This document shows positions 24,379-32,000 of a stretch of DNA of 32,000 nucleotides, piece after piece. The translations under genes and the position numbers were made by a program. The DNA comes from Candidatus Hadarchaeales archaeon (GTDB lineage Archaea > Hadarchaeota > Hadarchaeia > Hadarchaeales > Hadarchaeaceae). Under the pieces are notes generated by a model, which worked only from the letters and a program-made list of their open reading frames with translations, was not told the origin of the DNA and did not search any database. The DNA is taken from contig JAWBCC010000003.1 of NCBI GenBank assembly GCA_038823825.1, positions 101,441-133,440 on the forward strand. The letters run 5' to 3'. Position 1 is the stretch's first letter. Every line of letters starts with the position of its first letter.

Positions 24379-25664
24379 CTGCTCACCAGATCTTCAGCAA
24401 CCTGCTGTGCCTTTTCGATTACTTGTTCTTCATCGACCGTCAATATGTGTCTATCTTCCATAATGATTCTGCCGTTGACGATGACTGTGCACACATCGCA
24501 GCCACTTGCTGAGTAAACCAAATTAGAAACAACGTTATGTAGCGGTGTGAGGTGAGGTTTTCTAAGATCAACGAGAATAATATCAGCTTTTTTCCCAATT
24601 TCTATGGATCCGATTTCTCTTTCAAGCCCGACCGCTTTTGCGCCGTTTATGGTTCCAATTCTTAAAGCTGTCATCGCATCCACAACCGTTGGGTTTCCAG
24701 CTTTAACCTTGGCCAGCAAGCTACAGGTTCTGATCTCCTCAAACATGTCAAGGTTGTTGTTGCTTGCAGCACCGTCAGTTCCTATCGCCACCGTGATCCC
24801 TCTTTTGATAAAGTCCCAGATAGGAGCAATTCCAGAAGCCAGTTTGAGGTTACTTTGGGGATTGTGTGCCACCTTTACGTCATTTTTCTTTAGAGTCTCC
24901 GCCTCTTCTTTGCTTACTTGAACACAGTGTGCAGCCAGTATCTCGGGACCGAGAAAACCGATGTTTTGTAGAAATTCTATCGGCTTCTCCCCTTGAAACG
25001 AAATGGTATTTTGAACGTCTTTCTCGCTCTCTGCGAGGTGAATCATTATTCCGACTTTGAACTTTCTAGCTAAATCCTTGATCTCCAAGAGGCACTCTCT
25101 CGAACATGAGTAAGGAGCATGTGGTCCAAACATCGTTAGAATTCTTCCATCGGCTTTGCCGTGAAAATCTTTTACAATTCTGACGGCTTCTCTGATATCT
25201 TTTTCCCTTTTTTCTTCATCTCCCAAGTCAATGATTCCATGAGAGATGAAGCCCCTCATTCCCGTTTCCTCGATTGCTTTCGCAACAGCATCCATGAAGA
25301 AATACTGATCCACGAAGCAAGTAGTACCACTCTTTATCATTTCGACACAGCCAAGAAGAGCTCCCCAATAAACATCGTCTCTTTTGAGCTTCATTTCGAG
25401 TGGCCAGATTTTTTCCGTTAACCAGCTCATCAGCTCCATGTCATCGGCTATTCCGCGGAAGAGCGTCATTGCAAGATGAGTGTGTGCATTTATGAAGCCC
25501 GGGAGTGCGACTTTTCTTTTTCCGTTAATCACATAGTCAGTCTTCTCCCTAACATCTCCTAGTTTTGCTATCCGATTTTCTTCGATCAATATGTCTCCTC
25601 GGAAGACCTCGTTTCTTGGATTGCATGTGACAATTTGGACGTTTTTGATTAGAATGCTTTCCAA
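24375..25664 (-). CDS. Amidohydrolase, MTA/SAH (5'-deoxyadenosine) deaminase family (MtaD/DadD-like)
   Basis: ORF track 24375..25664. It has the metal-binding motif GFINAHTHLAMTLFRG, the block HLAES, and VAIGTDGAASNN. Its stop overlaps the downstream hydrolase start by 4 nt. Confidence 0.85.
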   Translation of the reverse strand: MESILIKNVQIVTCNPRNEVFRGDILIEENRIAKLGDVREKTDYVINGKRKVALPGFINAHTHLAMTLFRGIADDMELMSWLTEKIWPLEMKLKRDDVYWGALLGCVEMIKSGTTCFVDQYFFMDAVAKAIEETGMRGFISHGIIDLGDEEKREKDIREAVRIVKDFHGKADGRILTMFGPHAPYSCSRECLLEIKDLARKFKVGIMIHLAESEKDVQNTISFQGEKPIEFLQNIGFLGPEILAAHCVQVSKEEAETLKKNDVKVAHNPQSNLKLASGIAPIWDFIKRGITVAIGTDGAASNNNLDMFEEIRTCSLLAKVKAGNPTVVDAMTALRIGTINGAKAVGLEREIGSIEIGKKADIILVDLRKPHLTPLHNVVSNLVYSASGCDVCTVIVNGRIIMEDRHILTVDEEQVIEKAQQVAEDLVSR

Positions 25665-25668
25665 GCGT

Positions 25669-26187
25669 TCACCTCAACAGTTCTGCGATTTTCTTACCGA
25701 ATTCTCTTGCTGCGTGTGGACCATTAGCAGTAACGATTTTTCCGTCTACTTCGACATTTTTTCCCGTATACTTTGCTCCACCGGCTTCAAGCATTTTGAC
25801 GAAATCTCCATCCCAGACGGTCGCCCGCCTACCCTTGAGAATTCCAGCGTTAGCCAGTATCACCGGTGCTATACATATTGCTCCAACAACTTTACCGGCG
25901 GAAAAAGCTTCCTTTGCTATGCTCAGTGCATGTTTGTTGGAGAAGTAAATGGAAGAGCCACTTCCCCCGACAAATATCACAGCATCGTAATCTTCGACCT
26001 TCACTTCCTCAATGGTCAGCTCGGCCGTTGCTTTTCCGCCGAGCATCCCTTTTGCTTCCCCCTTCTTCGTACTGGCGATTTTAGTCACTATTCCGGATTT
26101 TTCAAGAACCTCTTTGGTATGGAAAAGCTCTTCGTCGCGAAAATCCTTTGGAGCGATTATCAACAGGGCTTTCATCCAATTTTTCAT
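25669..26187 (-). CDS. DJ-1/PfpI family protein
   Basis: ORF track 25669..26187. It has the blocks YDAVIFVGGSG and the nucleophile-elbow region VVGAICIAPVILA. It lies 4 nt upstream of the deaminase gene. Confidence 0.85.
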   Translation of the reverse strand: MKNWMKALLIIAPKDFRDEELFHTKEVLEKSGIVTKIASTKKGEAKGMLGGKATAELTIEEVKVEDYDAVIFVGGSGSSIYFSNKHALSIAKEAFSAGKVVGAICIAPVILANAGILKGRRATVWDGDFVKMLEAGGAKYTGKNVEVDGKIVTANGPHAAREFGKKIAELLR

Positions 26188-26282
26188 TTTCTCTCTTTAG
26201 AATAAAAATGGCAGAGGCGGAGGCGGTCAATAACTTGGGGAGAATCTCTTAAAGTATGGCGTGGATGGAGATAGGTGGGTGT

Positions 26283-28103
26283 ATGGGAAAGTTCTACATA
26301 ACAACTCCCATATATTACATAAATGCCGTTCCACACATCGGTCACGCCTACACGACCGTAATAGCAGATATCATAGCCAGATGGCGCAGGCTGGCAGGCG
26401 ACGATGTTTTTTTCTTGACAGGACTCGATGAGAATTCGTCCAAAACCGTGGAAGCGGCGGAAAATATGGGATTCGAAAATCCGCAGGAGTATGCCGACTG
26501 GATGGCTGAGAAGTGGAAGAATGTTTGGCGAATTTTATGCATAAGCAATAACGATTTCATTCGCACGACAGAGGAGAGACACAAAAAGAGAGTTCAAGAG
26601 ATTTTCCAGCGTCTTCTGGAAAAGGGCGAGATATATCCTGGAATTTACGAAGGGCTCTATTGTGACGGTTGTGAGGCCTACGTTTCCGAGGAAGACCTCG
26701 TTGATGGAAAGTGTCCTTTGCACGGAACGGAGCCGAAGAAAGTTAAAGAGGAGAACTATTTCTTCAGACTTTCCGCTTATCGCGATGCCTTGCTGGAGCA
26801 CTTGCGGAACAATCCGGATTTCATAATACCGGAGGCAAGGAGGAACGAAGTAGTGAGTTTTCTCCAGAGGGGTCTGAAAGACGTCAGCGTTACCAGGCGA
26901 GGTTTGAAGTGGGGAATCGAGGTCCCAGGAGATCCTGAACAGAGGATATGGGTCTGGTTTGATGCCTTGATAAACTACTTGGTTGCACAAGATTACTGGC
27001 CAGCCGATGTTCATCTAATTGCAAAGGACATTCTCAGATTTCATTGTATTTTATGGCCAGCTATGCTGATGGCCGCCAACTATCCTTTACCTAAAAAAAT
27101 CCTGTCGCATGGCTTCCTGACAGTTAACGGGAGAAAGATAAGCAAATCCCTTGGCAATGTTATAGACCCAGTATATCTGGCGGAGAAATATTCCCCCGAT
27201 GTTCTCCGCTATTTCTTAGCTAGGGAGATCTCGCTCGGACAGGATGGTGACTTCTCAGAAGAGAATCTTAGAAGAAGACTAAACGACGAGTTGGCAGATG
27301 TTCTCGGAAATCTCATTCACAGGGTTTTAACCTTCATCCATGCGAGATACAACGGTAGGGCCCCAGAGGGAGAACTAGACAGAGAATTTTTGGAGGAGGT
27401 GAACAAGCGGGTGAGAGAAATCATTCGTCTAATGGACCGGTTCGAAGTCACGAGAGCGGCCGAGGAGATAGTAAATTTGGCTAGACTGGGAAACGAATAC
27501 TTTCAGCGATGCAAGCCGTGGGAATCGATTTCAACAAAGCCTGCGGAGGCCGCGAAGTGCCTTCTCAGTTGTTTAAACTTGGTTGGAACGATCTGTGTTC
27601 TGCTTTCTCCGTTTATGCCAATCACCGCAGAACGTTTGAGCAAGCAGATGAATTTTAAGGTAGAAAGGCTTGACCAGGCCCTGAGGCCGGGAATCCTTCC
27701 GGGCCACGAAATTGGAAAGCCTGAGCCGCTTTTCAGGAAGGCTCAAGATGAGAAAACGGCTGAGGCCGCAGTAAGTCGAGAAGTAACAGTTTCCGACTTT
27801 GAAAAAATGGATATTAGAATAGCAAAAGTTCTTTCCTGCGAAAAAATAAAAGGCTCCGAAAAATTGCTCAAGCTCTCGGTTGATGTGGGCGGAGAGGTAC
27901 GGACAATCGTGGCTGGGATAGGAAAGTCCTATTCACCGGAGGATTTAGTCGGTAGACTTGTTGTTGTGGTTGTTAACATAAAGCCAGCAAAAATAATGGG
28001 AGTAGTTTCACATGGGATGCTGTTGGCTGCCGGTGACGATGAGAATAAACTCTCTCTACTGGTTCCCGATAGGACGCAGGAGCCGGGCACCAAGGTGAGA
28101 TGA
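26283..28103 (+). CDS. metG: Methionyl-tRNA synthetase with a C-terminal tRNA-binding (Trbp111/EMAP-like) domain
   Basis: The ORF track gives 26256..28103. I trimmed it to ATG 26283 (MGKFYITTPIYY), after GGTGGGTG. It has the HIGH motif (PHIGHAYT), a zinc knuckle CDGCEAY...CPLHG and KMSKS as KISKS. The C-terminal block is DIRIAKVLSCEKIKGSEKLLKLSVDVG. Confidence 0.95.
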   Translation: MGKFYITTPIYYINAVPHIGHAYTTVIADIIARWRRLAGDDVFFLTGLDENSSKTVEAAENMGFENPQEYADWMAEKWKNVWRILCISNNDFIRTTEERHKKRVQEIFQRLLEKGEIYPGIYEGLYCDGCEAYVSEEDLVDGKCPLHGTEPKKVKEENYFFRLSAYRDALLEHLRNNPDFIIPEARRNEVVSFLQRGLKDVSVTRRGLKWGIEVPGDPEQRIWVWFDALINYLVAQDYWPADVHLIAKDILRFHCILWPAMLMAANYPLPKKILSHGFLTVNGRKISKSLGNVIDPVYLAEKYSPDVLRYFLAREISLGQDGDFSEENLRRRLNDELADVLGNLIHRVLTFIHARYNGRAPEGELDREFLEEVNKRVREIIRLMDRFEVTRAAEEIVNLARLGNEYFQRCKPWESISTKPAEAAKCLLSCLNLVGTICVLLSPFMPITAERLSKQMNFKVERLDQALRPGILPGHEIGKPEPLFRKAQDEKTAEAAVSREVTVSDFEKMDIRIAKVLSCEKIKGSEKLLKLSVDVGGEVRTIVAGIGKSYSPEDLVGRLVVVVVNIKPAKIMGVVSHGMLLAAGDDENKLSLLVPDRTQEPGTKVR

Positions 28104-28107
28104 TCTG

Positions 28108-28743
28108 ATGAAGTTAGATCTACACGTTCACTCGCGTTATTCTGTCAAGGATTGTTCTTCGAATTTGAAAGATCTCGTGAAAATCGCAAAAATGAAAGGG
28201 TTGGATGGTTTTGCTCTCACGGATCACGACACCGTTGCAGGTCTCAGGGAGGCTAAAAGATTTTCTTCAAAGGGATTCCTGATAATCCCCGGCGTTGAAG
28301 TTTCCACAACCGGAGGTCATGTTCTCGGGCTCGGCGTGAGCGATGAAATCCCCAAAGGACTAAAACCAGAGGAGACTGTCGAAAAAATACACGAGCAGGG
28401 CGGAGTCGCTGTGGCGGCCCATCCTTTTTCACTCGGCAGAAGAGCGTCTCTTGTCTACAGGACGAAGTTTGACGCTATCGAGATTCTCAATGCCCGGGCA
28501 GGGTGGCTCTCCAACAAGCTGGCAGAAAATTTTGCGAAAAATCATGGCATTGTTGGAGTTGGTGGCTCAGACGCCCATTTGTTAACGGATGTTGGCACCG
28601 CTTACACTGTTTTGAACTGTGGGTCTAAAATAGAGGAAGTGCTAGAAAGTATAAGAGGGGGAGAGACATCAGTAGGCGGGCGATCTCTCCCCCTCCCCTT
28701 GACCCTGTGGAGGATCCTCCAGCGCACCCTCCACAAAGGGTGA
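28108..28743 (+). CDS. PHP-domain phosphoesterase (COG0613-like)
   Basis: ORF track 28108..28743. It has MKLDLHVHSRYS, LTDHDT, and further His/Asp motifs (AAHPF, GGSDAH). Confidence 0.8.
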   Translation: MKLDLHVHSRYSVKDCSSNLKDLVKIAKMKGLDGFALTDHDTVAGLREAKRFSSKGFLIIPGVEVSTTGGHVLGLGVSDEIPKGLKPEETVEKIHEQGGVAVAAHPFSLGRRASLVYRTKFDAIEILNARAGWLSNKLAENFAKNHGIVGVGGSDAHLLTDVGTAYTVLNCGSKIEEVLESIRGGETSVGGRSLPLPLTLWRILQRTLHKG

Positions 28744-28750
28744 GCGCAAA

Positions 28751-28775
28751 GGCGGGGAGGCTTTATCTCCCCGCC
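28751..28775. terminator. Perfect 9-bp GC-rich hairpin between convergent genes
   Basis: GGCGGGGAG (28751-28759), loop GCTTTAT, CTCCCCGCC (28767-28775). It lies 8 nt after the PHP stop and 30 nt from the minus-strand RHH stop. A terminator role is inferred only, because archaeal termination normally relies on oligo-T. Confidence 0.4.
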
Positions 28776-28804
28776 TATGCTGGCTAGACCCGAGAGGCGA
28801 TGGT

Positions 28805-29023
28805 TCAGCGTGATTTTTTCGCATATTCAACGAATCCTTTAACTTTCTCCAAGTTTGCCATCATCCAATCATGAATCATTTTTCTGACAACCTCGCTTCT
28901 ATTCGCTCCATAGCCGGCTCCAACGAGGTCGTCAATGATCTTGAGATAAAGACCTTCAACAAACACCCGGACTTCGACCTTGTGTTGTCCGGATGTTTTT
29001 TCTTGTTCAACCATTCTTTTCAT
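28805..29023 (-). CDS. Ribbon-helix-helix (CopG/Arc-like) DNA-binding protein
   Basis: The ORF track gives 28805..29053. ATG 29023 or 29014 is more likely, with GGAGGG upstream. The pattern is a beta strand VEVRVFVE, helix LYLKIIDDLV, then NRSEVVRKMIHDWM. It is divergent from the GH125 gene. Confidence 0.6.
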   Translation of the reverse strand: MKRMVEQEKTSGQHKVEVRVFVEGLYLKIIDDLVGAGYGANRSEVVRKMIHDWMMANLEKVKGFVEYAKKSR

Positions 29024-29095
29024 CCCTCCAGTTAACTGTAACTTCACTGACACATAGCTGGATGGTAATATAAAAAACTTTTGGGAGTTTATAAA

Positions 29096-29126
29096 GCGAA
29101 AGTTTCGGCAATTTTGCGAAAGCTTT
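29096..29126. promoter_or_regulatory. Direct repeat GCGAAAG(T/C)TT spaced 20 nt apart in the RHH / GH125 divergent intergenic region
   Basis: Copies at 29096-29105 and 29116-29126 were read directly. A third GAAAGCG lies at 29142-29148. TATA-like TTTATAAAG and GCTTTATTTAG are interleaved. Confidence 0.3.
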
Positions 29127-29158
29127 ATTTAGTCAACAACAGAAAGCGGGACGAAACC

Positions 29159-32000
29159 ATGAGAGTAGAGAAAGGAGCAGCGTTTGTGTTTTTATTATCT
29201 TTCGTGATCGCGCTTTTGATAATACCAAACCAGATGATTTTGGCTTCCCCATCCTCCATCGACGCTTATCTGGAAAACATCCATATTTCCGATCCATATC
29301 TTCTAAAGATGTTCAGAAATACCTTCGTGAACACGATTCAGACAACAGTAGGACTAAAAGACGACAATACAACGTATGTGATTACTGGCGACATCAACGC
29401 AATGTGGGTAAGAGACTCCTGCGCTCAGGTGTACCCCTATGCTCTCATTTGCATAAATGATGCATATCTTCAGCGCGTAGTCCGTGGAGTGATGCTCCGC
29501 CACTTCAAGCATTTTAATTCTTCCTACCCCATGTCCACGATCATAAACTCGTGGAAAGAGGATTATACTCCTTGGGAATATAAGTACGAACACGATGGCA
29601 TAGCGTATTTAATTAGACTTTGCTGGGTCTACTGGAAAGTTTCAGGGGATGATTCTTGGGCTCATCTTTCTGGTGATTTCAACGCTCAGAAGGCGTTTGG
29701 GAAGGCGCTAAGGCAGATCTTGGACAACATGGATGTGACAACCGGTCTTGTGAGAGTTTCTCATAGGCCCAGCGATGATTCAACTGTTTATCCTTTTTTG
29801 ATTCCGACAAACATGTTCATCGCAGCCACGATGCCGATGTTGAAAGAGATGTATCTTAACCTATGGGAAAATGAGGTAGGCGCCGACCTCTGCGATAAAA
29901 TAAGGGAAAACATTATGCGCGGAATAGAGACGTACGCGGTATACAACGATCCAGTCTTCGGAAGGATATGGGCATACGAAGTTGATGGACGGGGAAGATA
30001 CCTCCTTATGGATGACGCAAATGTACCGAGTTTGCTTTCTGCACCTTACATAGGATTCACATCAACAGACAACGATGTCTATCAGAACACGCGCAGATTT
30101 TTGCTTAGTTCTTCAAATCCCTATTTCTTTTCCGGAAGCTATATTTCTGGAATTGGAAGTCCTCACACGCCAGGATCGAGAGTGTGGCCAATGTCACTGA
30201 TTGTCCAAATTCTCACTTCGGATAATCATAAAGAAATAGAAAGTTGTTTGGAGCAGCTGAAGATTTCGGACGCCGGAACGAAATTGATGCATGAGAGCAT
30301 AAATCCGAACAACCCGGCGGACTACACGCGCTCTTGGTTTGCTTGGGCGAATTCTCTTTTTGCCGAAATGGTGATCACAAAAGTTGTTGGGTTACACATC
30401 GATAACGGCGAAATTTGGGTCAGGCCTCACCTGAACAAACATTTGAGCGAAATAGAAGCAAAAGACATTCCTTTCTGGAATTTTTCCTCACTGACGATAA
30501 AGGCGAAGGGGATAGATTCAACGATAAGACAAGTTCGAAGGAATGGGCAACCCGTGAATTTTGACCAGCGTATGGGTGTAAAAATCACAAATGATGAGCA
30601 GCAGATTGAAGTTTGCACGACTCAGCTTAGATTGACTCAAACACCGGTCGATCTTTCTTCATATTTTAACAGAGATGGAATCAGCTGGGACAATAACAGG
30701 GGAAATCTTGATGGTTCTGAGGGTTATGACGCAGACGGGTTCTCCGACAACATCACCTGCCGAGATTGCGGTATTCTTTTCCTTATAGGCAGCAGGATGG
30801 ACGGACAGAAAAACATGGTTTCGACCTCTTCTCAGACGATCGATTTGCCAAATGGACATTATTCCGCTTTACATATCTTGGGAGCATCAATTGGAAGCGG
30901 AAGTGTCCAGAGTGGAACGCTTCGCGTGAATTACCAAGATGGGTCATATTCTAACGTTACCCTGAGGTTGAGCGATTGGTGTCAGAGTCCGGAAACGGGA
31001 GAACATGTCGCCATTTTAATTGGCCATAGGCATTCTGGGGGGCAGGATCAAGTTGTTAAATGTAGAGTTTTTCACCGAGAAATTTCTCTCGATAGCAACA
31101 AAATTGTCGAAAATATAGTTTTGCCAAATAACCAGTACATGCGAATTCTAGCGATCACAGTTAGTAGACGGGATTATCCAATTCTAGTTAAGCCGGAGAA
31201 CTCTTCCCAGATAAATGACAACACGCCTATCTTCAGCTGGATACCCGCCGAGTTGCAGGATAACCAGAGATTCTTGCTCGATGATGATCTTTCCTTTTCT
31301 TCCCCAATTGAAAACATCATTTTGCCTCCTTCTGTCGAAAATTTTGAGGTGATTTCTGGTCTACCAGACGGCCGGTATTATTGGAAAGTAGTTCCGATTT
31401 TCGAAGGAGAGGAGTTCGATTCAGACGTTTGGGAGTTCAGCGTCGACACCCAACCACCGCAAGTCCCAACTCCATTGTCTCCAGAAAACGGTTTCAAGAT
31501 TGTTGGACTATCCGTAATATTCTCTTGGTCCGGATCTGAGAATGTTCTCTATAACCTACAAGTTACCACAGGAGTCACGGATTTAGACTACTTCACTTAT
31601 GAGAATCAAACTGAAATTCAGCTTCCGGACCACGGAATATACTACTGGAGAATTAGGGCGATGGATCAGGCCGGCAACTGGAGTGATTGGTCAGAATTTA
31701 GAAGACTCGATGTCCTTTACAGTTGGTGGAACCAAGAATGGACCTGCCGGAGGAAAATTGAAATAAGTGGAAATCACCCTGAAAACTTCCAGATAAAAGT
31801 AGTTCTTCCGTCGGACATCGAAAATACAATTTATCCAAGCATAAGATTTTTGGAGGATGAAAACAGGGGTTTTCTTCCATATTGGATAGAGAAAGCGGAG
31901 AATGCTTACACAAACATCGTCTGGGTGCGCAGGCTCGAAAACTCAGACAACGAGATCTGGATGTACTATGGTAATCCCTATGTGACGAGTGCCGAGAACG
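29159..32000 (+). CDS. Secreted multidomain glycoside hydrolase: GH125 (exo-alpha-1,6-mannosidase family) + beta-sandwich region + two FN3-like repeats + DUF2341-like domain; 3' end beyond the window
   Basis: Absent from the ORF track. I read the frame codon by codon from ATG 29159 to the window end, more than 947 codons with no stop.

- N-terminal signal/anchor: AAFVFLLSFVIALLII
- GH125 hallmarks: GDINAMWVRDS, YLLMDDANVPSLLSAPYIGF, TRSWFAWANSLFAEM
- FN3-like repeats: DGRYYWKVVP and HGIYYWRIRAMDQAGNWSDWSEF
- DUF2341-like start: SWWNQEWTCRRKIEI. Confidence 0.9.
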   Translation, partial: MRVEKGAAFVFLLSFVIALLIIPNQMILASPSSIDAYLENIHISDPYLLKMFRNTFVNTIQTTVGLKDDNTTYVITGDINAMWVRDSCAQVYPYALICINDAYLQRVVRGVMLRHFKHFNSSYPMSTIINSWKEDYTPWEYKYEHDGIAYLIRLCWVYWKVSGDDSWAHLSGDFNAQKAFGKALRQILDNMDVTTGLVRVSHRPSDDSTVYPFLIPTNMFIAATMPMLKEMYLNLWENEVGADLCDKIRENIMRGIETYAVYNDPVFGRIWAYEVDGRGRYLLMDDANVPSLLSAPYIGFTSTDNDVYQNTRRFLLSSSNPYFFSGSYISGIGSPHTPGSRVWPMSLIVQILTSDNHKEIESCLEQLKISDAGTKLMHESINPNNPADYTRSWFAWANSLFAEMVITKVVGLHIDNGEIWVRPHLNKHLSEIEAKDIPFWNFSSLTIKAKGIDSTIRQVRRNGQPVNFDQRMGVKITNDEQQIEVCTTQLRLTQTPVDLSSYFNRDGISWDNNRGNLDGSEGYDADGFSDNITCRDCGILFLIGSRMDGQKNMVSTSSQTIDLPNGHYSALHILGASIGSGSVQSGTLRVNYQDGSYSNVTLRLSDWCQSPETGEHVAILIGHRHSGGQDQVVKCRVFHREISLDSNKIVENIVLPNNQYMRILAITVSRRDYPILVKPENSSQINDNTPIFSWIPAELQDNQRFLLDDDLSFSSPIENIILPPSVENFEVISGLPDGRYYWKVVPIFEGEEFDSDVWEFSVDTQPPQVPTPLSPENGFKIVGLSVIFSWSGSENVLYNLQVTTGVTDLDYFTYENQTEIQLPDHGIYYWRIRAMDQAGNWSDWSEFRRLDVLYSWWNQEWTCRRKIEISGNHPENFQIKVVLPSDIENTIYPSIRFLEDENRGFLPYWIEKAENAYTNIVWVRRLENSDNEIWMYYGNPYVTSAEN

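Noticed and set aside
28709-28720. The 12-bp perfect palindrome GGAGGATCCTCC near the PHP gene 3' end
   Set aside because: It lies inside the coding sequence (WRILQ) and has no partner signal. I treated it as coincidental. The separate hairpin at 28751-28775 is reported as a feature.
1-32000. CRISPR arrays, rRNA/tRNA genes, transposases, integrases, toxin-antitoxin pairs
   Set aside because: I saw no regularly spaced direct repeats, no tRNA-like T-arm motifs in intergenic regions, and no ORF with transposase or integrase motifs. The RHH protein and the PIN-like ORF are each solitary and far apart, so no TA pair can be supported.

Overview
Gene-dense archaeal chromosomal segment. Archaeal markers are aRF1, DGGGP synthase, NurA/HerA, GGAGGTGA-type ribosome-binding sites and AT-rich TATA-like boxes. 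I support about 34 protein genes on both strands, many with 4-8 nt overlaps. Most are housekeeping: topoisomerase IA, SufCB, EngB, aRF1, MetRS, and sulfur/methionine/SAM-cycle enzymes.

Two ORFs are missing from the supplied track because they run off the window edges. One is endonuclease V (1-450, minus). The other is a >947-aa secreted GH125 multidomain protein (29159 to the window end, plus).

Two GC-rich non-coding islands stand out. The first is a 220-290 nt structured-RNA candidate at about 1840-2133 (minus strand favoured) that I cannot assign to SRP RNA or canonical RNase P RNA. The second is a 78-nt three-tier hairpin at 13124-13201, inside the 13097-13234 intergenic island.

Other items worth a second look:
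- an orphan zinc-ribbon plus wHTH-PolDom-like primase-polymerase pair
- a translationally coupled QueC-like / FdrA-like / COG2521 methyltransferase / rhomboid cluster
- a deaminase-hydrolase operon suggesting the S-inosylhomocysteine route
- nurA-herA without mre11/rad50

I found no rRNA, tRNA, CRISPR array, transposase or integrase. All homology calls rest on motifs read by eye from the translations, not on database searches.
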